Part shown: piece by piece, positions 1 through 7,954 of the stretch
Numbering within the stretch: position 1 is the first letter of the stretch
Layout: every line of letters starts with the position of its first letter
From: Kiritimatiellia bacterium
Lineage (GTDB): Bacteria; Verrucomicrobiota; Kiritimatiellia; RFP12; UBA1067
NCBI GenBank assembly: GCA_017646325.1
Contig: JAGCMU010000061.1
Location: forward strand, 1 to 44,113
Length of the DNA: 44,113 bases
Reading direction: 5' to 3'
Made by a program: the position numbers and the translations under genes
Notes under the pieces: model-generated
Database searches by the model: none
What the model saw: only the letters and a program-made list of their open reading frames with translations
What the model was told of the DNA's origin: nothing

Positions 1-4
1 CCAC

Positions 5-1528
5 TTGAAAAAGAAACTTTATGACTGGGGAGCATGGACACCTCGTGGAAACAATCATTCAACTAAATCAATCATTCGCTTTGAAAATGTTCGTTCGGGA
101 CTTGAAGTCCCAGGAAGCTGGTTTTATGATGGAGCGAATAAAAAGATATTTTATAGGCCGCTCGCTGGCGAAAAGATTTCTGAGTTTAAGCCTTATGCTC
201 CGACATCTGGTCTCGTCAATTTAATCCGCATGCAAGGCGATGTCGAAAAAGGTGATTTCGTCCACGACATCAATTTTAAGAATATCGCATTTACGGGAAC
301 AACAAGCGCAGGGGAGAGGCTTCCTTCAGGACTTGTTCAGCAATATCAGCTTCAAGCGGCGTATTTGTCAAGTGCCGCCATCTTCGGTGAAGGTGTGCAT
401 CGTGTGACGTTTGACAAGTGTCAAGTCCGCGATACGGAAAATTACGGTATCTTTCTCGGCAGAGGATGTGTTTCAAATAAAATAACGAATTCAAAATTCA
501 CCAATCTTGGCGCCGGTGGGATTTGGCTTGGTGATACAATCGCAGGTCCCCAATGGATGACTAAAACAAAGTCGCCTGGATTAATCGCGCCTGCTCAAAA
601 CCGTATTCCGCTGTTGACTGAAAAAATACATTATATGGATAATCCCGCCAATGCTTTCAACGTGATTGACAATTGCGAGGTTTCCCTTTGCGGACGCGTA
701 AATCCTGAAGGCTGCGGCATTGTATTTACGCATGTTTCCGATTCAACCATTACACATTGTGATATTCACGATCTTTACTATACGGGAGTAAGTCTTGGAT
801 GGACATGGGGCTTTTTGGGGTCTGTCGCCCAAAGGAATACAGTTTCATTCAACCGCATTTGGGATATAGGCAAGGGCATAATGAGCGATATGGGCGGAGT
901 ATACACTCTCGGAGCAAGTTTCGGAACGAGCATATCAAATAATATAATCCATTCTGTAAAGGCATTTGCGTATGGAGGATGGGGGCTTTACAACGACGAA
1001 GGAAGCGAAGGTATCGTGATGGAAAATAATCTCGTTTACGATACGTCTAACGCTTCTTACAATATGCATTACGGCCGCGAGAACGTCGTTCGCAACAACA
1101 TCCTTGCGTATGCCGACACGCATCAGATTTCTTTCACATGCGCATTTGCGCAGCGTCTTGTGACGTTTGAAAACAACATCATCTATTCGCATGGCAAAAA
1201 CGGTAATGCCGTATTCAAACCGCCGCGCGTATTTTACGATACGACATACGCCGATATTCATTGGTCGTCAAATATAATCTGGAGCGCGTCGGGAGTCGTG
1301 AATTCAACGTACGAACCGTATTCGCCGCTGTTTTTCGGAATGGATCGCATTAAAGAAAAGACTCCTCCATACCCGTTGCATTATTCAAACATTACTGGAT
1401 TTTTTACAGATCCGAAGTTTGAAAATGTAGAGAAACGCGATTTTAGAATTAAAGATGATTCTCCTGTGCTTAAATATGGATTTAAGCCTTGGGACTTTTC
1501 GCTTTCTGGTTTGAGAAAAAATAAGTAA
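5..1528 (+). CDS. Right-handed parallel beta-helix repeat protein (GH141-like glycan enzyme), 5'-truncated by the window edge
   Basis: Beta-helix repeats with YYTGVSLGWTWG, SDMGGVYTLG and GWGLYNDEGS motifs; C-terminal DPKF...DFR; the frame is open from the window start. Confidence 0.8.
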   Translation: MKKKLYDWGAWTPRGNNHSTKSIIRFENVRSGLEVPGSWFYDGANKKIFYRPLAGEKISEFKPYAPTSGLVNLIRMQGDVEKGDFVHDINFKNIAFTGTTSAGERLPSGLVQQYQLQAAYLSSAAIFGEGVHRVTFDKCQVRDTENYGIFLGRGCVSNKITNSKFTNLGAGGIWLGDTIAGPQWMTKTKSPGLIAPAQNRIPLLTEKIHYMDNPANAFNVIDNCEVSLCGRVNPEGCGIVFTHVSDSTITHCDIHDLYYTGVSLGWTWGFLGSVAQRNTVSFNRIWDIGKGIMSDMGGVYTLGASFGTSISNNIIHSVKAFAYGGWGLYNDEGSEGIVMENNLVYDTSNASYNMHYGRENVVRNNILAYADTHQISFTCAFAQRLVTFENNIIYSHGKNGNAVFKPPRVFYDTTYADIHWSSNIIWSASGVVNSTYEPYSPLFFGMDRIKEKTPPYPLHYSNITGFFTDPKFENVEKRDFRIKDDSPVLKYGFKPWDFSLSGLRKNK

Positions 1529-1545
1529 AAAGAAAGGTAAATCGC

Positions 1546-4050
1546 ATGAAAAAGCATATTGGAAAGGTGATGGCTCTATTGGGGTGTTTAGTTTTTATGG
1601 CTATTTCAAATGTAGCATGCACTCCAAAAGAAAGAGTAGAACTCGTAAAAGACGGAAAGGCGTTGGCTCAAATTGTCGTTGCCGACAAGGCGACTCAAGC
1701 CGCTCAATTCGCCGCTTCGGAATTGCAGCTCCATCTGAAAAAGATTACCGGTGTTGATTTTGAAATATCATTGGAATCGAAAGCGGGTCCAGGATTCAAG
1801 ATTTTTGTCGGCGAGTCGTCCGCTACAAAAACGAAAGCGTCTGATCTCGTCGACCAGCAATACGTAGTCGATATCAGAAAAGATGCAATTGAACTTATTG
1901 GCCGCGACGAACAGATTTTCAAGAAGGCGTTTGTCGAAGAAAAGAACGGAAGTGTTTATTCAAGAAATAAACCGTCTCTTTATTCTGAACAAGGGACAAT
2001 GTATGCCGTATATGAATTTTTGGAACAGAATTGCGACGTTACATGGGTCGACGGTTCTGATTACGGCACTGTTATCAAGCCGAATAAAAATCTGGCGGTA
2101 ACTCTTGGCCGCACCCAATACGAACCTTTTATGTCGTATCGCGGTGGAACGATTTCATATAATCCAAGTCCTCTCCTTTGGAAACAATCAAATGCCGGTT
2201 ATAAGGAATATCTTGCCGCTGCATTTAAGGATCCCAAAAACGCCAAAGCGTCATGGGAGCTTTATTTGGCCCGTTCCCGCGCAGGTGGATATTTGGCAAG
2301 TGCAAACCATTCGTTCTATTGGTGGTATTCGCGTTTTTGGAATGAAAACGACAAGTGCTTCGAAAGAAAAGCACCCGAATATTTTGCGCAAGGTTACGAC
2401 AAGCTGCCTCCGCAACTTTGCTACATGCATCCTTTTGTAATCAAGCAGACGGTTGAAGATATTCGCGCGTATCTCGATAATAACGGATACACAAATACGT
2501 ATCATGGTATTGGAACAAAGGGTCCGTCATGGGGCAAGAACCGTTATTGCTTAGAGCCGATGGACAACAACTCTTTCTGCAAGTGTTCACGTTGCGCAAA
2601 GTATTACGAGAGCGAACGCAAGGACGATAATTCGGAGCACTCGACGTATTGGTTTACATTTGTGAAGATGGTTGCGGAGGAAGTGAAGAAATCTCATCCG
2701 ACTGCAAAAATTTCAACTCTTGCGTATATGTCGCATGAAGGCCTTCCTACTAACGTAACACTTCCTGATAACGTAGAAGTTTATTTCTGCCTTAGCGGCA
2801 ACCGCGAAAATCCTCGTGGAAAATTGTGCAAGGAACAAAGTGCGCGTATGGAGGAATGGCATAAGGCGTATCCGAATATGAAACTCGGAATGTGGCTTTA
2901 TAGCGGCTTCCCGTTGGAATTCGCCCACAATGGAAATTACCAATGTGTCCCTGGATATTTTGCACGCGAGAATGCAAAGCAATTTCATTTCTTCAAGAAG
3001 ATGAATGCCCGCGTAGGTATTTTCAACTGCGGTCTTACCGGCGAGGTTTGTCAATTCATGACATTCGCGCTTATGCGCAATCCGGATTTGGAAGCCGAAT
3101 ATTTGCTCGATCGTTACTTCTCTCAATACGGCGCGGCGGCAAAGCCTCTCAAGGAATTTTACAATCTCGTTGAAGAGCGTTATTGCGATACTGCCCTTTG
3201 TCCGAAGGGTGTTTCTCGCAGAACGACTGCATATAACTGGCTGCATTGTTGCCCGGTAGAGATTGTTGAAAAGCTTGAAAAATATATGAATGAAGCCGAA
3301 AAGCTTGCTCAAACTCCAGAAGAAAAAGAGAGAGTTAAACTTTTCAAGCTTTCTCAATGGAATTGGATGAAACTCGGTTCGGATACGTACAATGTTCGAA
3401 TGAAAGCGCCAATGCCCGAATGGACGGCTGTGAAAATTGCTGAAGTTCCAGGTGGCGATATTGAAAAGGTAGAATGGGATAAGATTCCTCTCATCAAAAC
3501 GCCAATGTATGAAAGAGGCGGCAATGTTGACGTATCAGACATTGTCGGGCTCGAAGCGCGTTTTGCCAATGACGGAAAATATTTCTATCTTGAATTAGTC
3601 CAAAAGCGCGATTTGTCAAAAGTCCAAATCTCAGGTCACGTTTGTCCTTTTGACGATTGGGAACTTTATATGGCTCGTCAAAGAGCACAGCCTTACCGTT
3701 GCTATTTTGCCGACCCTGACAACCGTATGCATGCGGCAAGTTGGGGCGAGGTTAACTGGCGTCAGCACGTTCCTTCCATTGAAGGGTGTCCGGATCCGGC
3801 ATATTTCGCAAAAACAAAGACGATTCTCGATAAGAAAAACAATCGCTGGATTCAACGCTTTTCATTCCCTCTTGACAAGTTTCTTGACGCCCCGATGAAA
3901 CCAGGCGATACTTTCTATTTGACGCCCGTTTCAGTTCTCAATAACAAAGTTCCGCCAAAGGCCGATTCTGTATTTTATATTATTTCAGCTGTTTCCTATT
4001 CTACCGTACATACAATTGACCGGTCTGCGTCAGTAACTCTTGAAAAGTAA
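1546..4050 (+). CDS. DUF4838-type secreted glycoside hydrolase-like lipoprotein with a CBM9-like C-terminus
   Basis: Signal peptide with lipobox-like VAC; AASELQLHLKKITG N-terminal module; GTMYAVYEFLE; QLCY; MDNNSFCKCSRC; TLAY motifs. Confidence 0.75.
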   Translation: MKKHIGKVMALLGCLVFMAISNVACTPKERVELVKDGKALAQIVVADKATQAAQFAASELQLHLKKITGVDFEISLESKAGPGFKIFVGESSATKTKASDLVDQQYVVDIRKDAIELIGRDEQIFKKAFVEEKNGSVYSRNKPSLYSEQGTMYAVYEFLEQNCDVTWVDGSDYGTVIKPNKNLAVTLGRTQYEPFMSYRGGTISYNPSPLLWKQSNAGYKEYLAAAFKDPKNAKASWELYLARSRAGGYLASANHSFYWWYSRFWNENDKCFERKAPEYFAQGYDKLPPQLCYMHPFVIKQTVEDIRAYLDNNGYTNTYHGIGTKGPSWGKNRYCLEPMDNNSFCKCSRCAKYYESERKDDNSEHSTYWFTFVKMVAEEVKKSHPTAKISTLAYMSHEGLPTNVTLPDNVEVYFCLSGNRENPRGKLCKEQSARMEEWHKAYPNMKLGMWLYSGFPLEFAHNGNYQCVPGYFARENAKQFHFFKKMNARVGIFNCGLTGEVCQFMTFALMRNPDLEAEYLLDRYFSQYGAAAKPLKEFYNLVEERYCDTALCPKGVSRRTTAYNWLHCCPVEIVEKLEKYMNEAEKLAQTPEEKERVKLFKLSQWNWMKLGSDTYNVRMKAPMPEWTAVKIAEVPGGDIEKVEWDKIPLIKTPMYERGGNVDVSDIVGLEARFANDGKYFYLELVQKRDLSKVQISGHVCPFDDWELYMARQRAQPYRCYFADPDNRMHAASWGEVNWRQHVPSIEGCPDPAYFAKTKTILDKKNNRWIQRFSFPLDKFLDAPMKPGDTFYLTPVSVLNNKVPPKADSVFYIISAVSYSTVHTIDRSASVTLEK

Positions 4051-4060
4051 AGGAGATAAA

Positions 4061-6049
4061 ATGCGAAAATTGTTTTTACTTGCCTTAAGCACGCAATTGG
4101 CAGTTTCTGCGTTTTCGGCTGATTTCTTGGTTCGTGATGACGGTACGAAGGCTTTTAATGTATTGTCATGGAAGCCTCGAATGCTTGAAATTACTCGTAA
4201 GTTCGAGCGTGAAGTGTTCGGGATGATGCCGTCGATTCCCGAAAAGCTGAAAATGGAATGTATTTCCACGGATGAAAATTTCCTGAACGGCAAGGCTACA
4301 TTGAAGCGAATCAAGTTTACATGGCCACGCCTTTACGATAAAGGCGAATTTGTTGCAACTGTTGTTCTTCCAAATCGTCCTGGAGCCATGGCGTCCTTCG
4401 TTCTTGTAAGGTCTGAGCCTATCGCCGAAAAGCCTGAACCTACAGAGGATTGGCCATTTGATGAATTAGTCTCGCGTGAATACGCAACAATTGCATTTAA
4501 CGGAAATGATTTGACTGCCCCATCAGCGGTAGATGCAATCTCTCAACGCGCACTTGCCTTCAGAATGATTTACGAATGGATTTTGACGGAACCGCGTATG
4601 GAGGCTATGAATACAAGTCCTGTCGGCTGCGGGCCGCTTGACGGCGTATCTGCTTTTTGGGCAAGTTCGTTTGATTGGCGTTTTTATTGTGTAGTTGCCG
4701 CACAAACGGGACTTGGCGAAAAGTTTATCGAACTTGCGGCAAACAATACTCCTGGAATGTTGTATACGTGTTCTTGCACTGAGCAGACAAAGGAGGAGAT
4801 TGCAAACGACAAGGCTCTTGCAGAAAAAACGTTTCCTGCTTGGAAGCTTTACGACGCAGTGAAGCCGTTGGGCGGCAGTACCGATTACCATTGCCGTGAA
4901 GGTAAGAAGGGGCTTGTACGCGAAGACTGGAAAAATATCCTCGCCTTTACCGATCGCCATTTTTGGGGGAAGAGTTTACAAAAGAAGCCTCTTGATTCAA
5001 TGCCAGGACTTCCTGATATGACGAGGGAAGAAATAGTCGACTTTTTTAGGAAGAACGTTTATGGATACGCTCCGCCGCGTCCAGCGGATTTACACTTTGT
5101 GCCGACGTCTCCCGATGTGGAAATCGTTCTTGATGATGGAACTAAGGTTATCCGCAGGCAGATGATGGCGAAGTGGAGCGGGAAGTTAGGCAAGGGCGAA
5201 TTCCCATTCCATCTTTTCATCCCGAAAAAAGCAGGAAAAGTTCCTGCGATTGTGGGGCTTCAATTAAGAAAGCCTGAGATTGGGGACGAAAAGAAAATCA
5301 ACTCCGAAAGATGGTGGGATATCGAACAGATCGTCAAGCGTGGATATGCCGCGATAGGTGTTTGGTATAAAGGTATTTCACCTGATTCATATCACGAGTT
5401 TGATGTAAAGCCTTTTAATGTTTTTGAAACACCTAAAGAGCGCACGAATGAAAGTTGGGGTGCAATATCCGCTTGGGCGTGGGGGCTTCATCGTATAGTC
5501 GACTACATTGTTACTCTTCCTGAAATTGATTCAAAGCGCATTATCGTGACGGGTCATTCGCGTGGCGGAAAGACGGCTCTTTGGGCGGGCGCGCAGGATG
5601 AGAGAATCGCTCTCACCGTTCCGTTGGGATCTGGCCGCGGCGGCATGTGTGTTTATCACATGACGTTTGCAACGCCCGCGGAAACGATTGCGATCATGAA
5701 CTCTGCATACCCGTATTGGTGCTGTGGAAATTATAAAAAATGGAACAATCGCGATTTTGAAATTCCGTTCGAACAATTCTGGCTCGTATCTGCAATCGCG
5801 CCACGCCGCATATACGTGTGCGAAGCGCTGGGGGATGCTACGCGATATGGCGACTGGTATACGCTTACAAAGGCCGCACCTGCATGGGAAAAGTATGGAA
5901 TGAAGGCTTTGCCTGTCGGTCCTATCCCTGAAACGGGCAAACCTGCGTGGTCTGAGGGGACGGGATTCCATGTCCGCACAGGTCCTCACAGCGTGTATTC
6001 GTACGATTGGCAGGAAATTATGAATTATGCAGACGCTTATTTGAAGTAA
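4061..6049 (+). CDS. Secreted CE15-like (glucuronoyl esterase-like) alpha/beta hydrolase with a degenerate N-terminal duplicate domain
   Basis: ATG at 4061 after AGGAG; signal peptide; WGAISAWAWG, GHSRGGKTALWAGAQDERI, IAPR and terminal HVRTGPH motifs. Confidence 0.8.
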   Translation: MRKLFLLALSTQLAVSAFSADFLVRDDGTKAFNVLSWKPRMLEITRKFEREVFGMMPSIPEKLKMECISTDENFLNGKATLKRIKFTWPRLYDKGEFVATVVLPNRPGAMASFVLVRSEPIAEKPEPTEDWPFDELVSREYATIAFNGNDLTAPSAVDAISQRALAFRMIYEWILTEPRMEAMNTSPVGCGPLDGVSAFWASSFDWRFYCVVAAQTGLGEKFIELAANNTPGMLYTCSCTEQTKEEIANDKALAEKTFPAWKLYDAVKPLGGSTDYHCREGKKGLVREDWKNILAFTDRHFWGKSLQKKPLDSMPGLPDMTREEIVDFFRKNVYGYAPPRPADLHFVPTSPDVEIVLDDGTKVIRRQMMAKWSGKLGKGEFPFHLFIPKKAGKVPAIVGLQLRKPEIGDEKKINSERWWDIEQIVKRGYAAIGVWYKGISPDSYHEFDVKPFNVFETPKERTNESWGAISAWAWGLHRIVDYIVTLPEIDSKRIIVTGHSRGGKTALWAGAQDERIALTVPLGSGRGGMCVYHMTFATPAETIAIMNSAYPYWCCGNYKKWNNRDFEIPFEQFWLVSAIAPRRIYVCEALGDATRYGDWYTLTKAAPAWEKYGMKALPVGPIPETGKPAWSEGTGFHVRTGPHSVYSYDWQEIMNYADAYLK

Positions 6050-6058
6050 TAAGCGTCT
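6031..6058. terminator. Hairpin between convergent genes, probable terminator
   Basis: Perfect 11-bp inverted repeat AGACGCTTATT-tgaagt-AATAAGCGTCT over the esterase stop codon; no strong U-tract. Confidence 0.4.
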
Positions 6059-6070
6059 ATGTAAGGAGAG

Positions 6071-6910
6071 TTACTTTATCTTGGGCGGCATCGTATCTTT
6101 CATGCCTAATGCGAGATATTTTGATCTTGCGTAATCAAGATACTCAAGTTCCACCATTGAAGTCTCGGCAATGCCGAGACTTTTTAAGTATGCACGCCTT
6201 GCCTTCAAATCCTCGCCGTCATTGTGGTTGGGGACGACGAGCATGCGCACTTCAATTTTTGCGTTTGCGGCAACTAAACGCTCAAGGTTTTTCTTTATAA
6301 TTTTATTCGATACACCAGTTAATTTTTCGTGAAGACCATCATCGAACGCTTTAAAATCGGGTAGCCACATATCTGTCACTTCGAGCATTTTTTCGACAGC
6401 GATTGGCGGAGCGTAAAGGGAAGTGTCAAGGCAAGTTGAAAGCCCGGCTTCTTTGCAAGCCGAGAAAAATTTATACGCCCATTGCCAGAAATAAAGAGGT
6501 TCGCCGCCCGAAAGAGTAATCCCGCCGCCGGTTCGTTTGTAAAAGGGCGTGTCTTCAAGGGCTTTTTTGACGAGATCTTCGATTGACCAGGGTTTGCCGT
6601 AAACCTTAAATGCGCGAGTAGGGCAAGTCGCCTCGTCCATCGTGCATTTTTTGCACTTTTGGCAAAGGTGTTTAAAGCGGGCGATTTGACGTTCCGGGCT
6701 AATCGATTCGGGATTATGGCACCAAATGCATTTTAACGGGCATCCTTTTACGAAGAAGGTGGTGCGAATACCAGGACCGTCATGAATAGCCATGCGCTTA
6801 GTGTCAAGCATCAACGGAGTTTTTATGACAGGATCTTTGGCGATAAGCATGTTTGGCAATATACCAGCAGCTATACCGCTTCCAATAAAAAGACGTCTAT
6901 TAATGTTCAT
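6071..6910 (-). CDS. Glycyl-radical enzyme activating protein (radical SAM, PflA/PflC-like) with an N-terminal Tat-like signal
   Basis: HDGPGIRTTFFVKGCPLKCIWCHNPES, GGITLSGGEPL and CLDTS motifs; CxxCxxC...CP insert; likely start MNINRRLF at 6910 (alternative 6937). Confidence 0.9.
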   Translation of the reverse strand: MNINRRLFIGSGIAAGILPNMLIAKDPVIKTPLMLDTKRMAIHDGPGIRTTFFVKGCPLKCIWCHNPESISPERQIARFKHLCQKCKKCTMDEATCPTRAFKVYGKPWSIEDLVKKALEDTPFYKRTGGGITLSGGEPLYFWQWAYKFFSACKEAGLSTCLDTSLYAPPIAVEKMLEVTDMWLPDFKAFDDGLHEKLTGVSNKIIKKNLERLVAANAKIEVRMLVVPNHNDGEDLKARRAYLKSLGIAETSMVELEYLDYARSKYLALGMKDTMPPKIK

Positions 6911-6973
6911 TTTACTAAAACCTTTTAAATTTCTCATTCTCGTTGTTTGAAAATACAGGACTTGCTTACCGAC

Positions 6974-6997
6974 TTACATTATGTAAATAGTATACCA
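6974..6997 (-). promoter_or_regulatory. Extended -10 promoter and palindromic operator candidate upstream of the activase
   Basis: Minus-strand TGgTATACT (6997-6989) followed by the palindrome TTACAT-T-ATGTAA (6974-6986). Confidence 0.4.
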
Positions 6998-7087
6998 AAT
7001 ACATCGATATTACACACGAAAATTTCGTTTTTTTGATAAATGACGAGATAAGGTGTTTTTCGATTACAGAAAAGTGGAAATGAGCTA

Positions 7088-7116
7088 TTGATAGATTTCT
7101 CATTTTTTGATAAAAT
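7088..7116 (+). promoter_or_regulatory. Sigma70-type promoter of rpoZ
   Basis: TTGATA-17bp-TAAAAT with TG extension. Confidence 0.6.
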
Positions 7117-7141
7117 ATTTATTTAACATTTTGGAGGAAAA

Positions 7142-7417
7142 ATGAATACAGAACTTTTGAAAAAAGCACATGAGCGGATTCCATCCGTGCCTGTTCTCGT
7201 GAATCTCATTTCAAAGAGAACCCGTGAACTTATAGAAGGTAAAAAGCCTCTTATCAAGCCTGAGAGCTTTGATGAAGAAAAGGTTGATACCGTGTTGCGC
7301 GAGATTGTTGAAGGTCGCTTGATTTCAGAAGTTGATTTCGATGCAATTGCCCGTGCAGAAGACGCAAAGAATCGCTGGGATAAGCATGCATTGACCAAGC
7401 CCTTTTATGCGGACTAA
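7142..7417 (+). CDS. rpoZ: RNA polymerase omega subunit
   Basis: LVNLISKRTREL...KPLI...VLREIVEG pattern; 91 aa; GGAGG RBS. Confidence 0.8.
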   Translation: MNTELLKKAHERIPSVPVLVNLISKRTRELIEGKKPLIKPESFDEEKVDTVLREIVEGRLISEVDFDAIARAEDAKNRWDKHALTKPFYAD

Positions 7418-7444
7418 TTTATTCATTTCATTTTTATAATGGTG

Positions 7445-7484
7445 AAAAAATAGCCGAGGGGCGCTTCCTTCGGCTTTATTTTTT
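7445..7484 (+). terminator. Intrinsic terminator-like hairpin between rpoZ and smpB
   Basis: AGCCGAGGG-gcgctt-CCTTCGGCT followed by a T-rich tract and preceded by an A-tract. Confidence 0.6.
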
Positions 7485-7487
7485 GAT

Positions 7488-7952
7488 ATGGCAGACAAGC
7501 AGAAAAAAACTAAACCACTTGGCGATTTTGCCGTGAACCGCAAGGCATGGCACGATTATGAGATATTGCAAAAGTTGGAATGTGGTATTGTTTTGACGGG
7601 GACGGAGGTCAAGGCAATCCGCAATGGTGGTGTCAGTCTTGCGGGGTCTTATGCGTCTGTTTTGTCAAATGAGTTATATGCCGTTGAAATTCACATTCCC
7701 GTTTATGAGTTCGGGAATCGTTTTAATCACGAGCCGAAGCGCAAACGCAAATTGCTTGTTCATCAAAAAGAAATCTTGTCCTTAAAAATGAAATCAGAAG
7801 CGAAGGGGTGCACTTTGATTCCTCTTCGCCTTTACCTCAAAAAGGGAAAAATCAAATTGGAAATCGGGGTTTGTCGAGGCAAGGCATTGCACGACAAACG
7901 TGAAACCTTGAAGAAAAAAGCTCTTAAGCGAGACATGGAACGAGGGTTTTGA
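7488..7952 (+). CDS. smpB: SsrA-binding protein
   Basis: NRKAWHDYEI, GIVLTGTEVKAIR, RKRKLL and GKALHDKRE motifs. Confidence 0.97.
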   Translation: MADKQKKTKPLGDFAVNRKAWHDYEILQKLECGIVLTGTEVKAIRNGGVSLAGSYASVLSNELYAVEIHIPVYEFGNRFNHEPKRKRKLLVHQKEILSLKMKSEAKGCTLIPLRLYLKKGKIKLEIGVCRGKALHDKRETLKKKALKRDMERGF

Positions 7953-7954
7953 TT

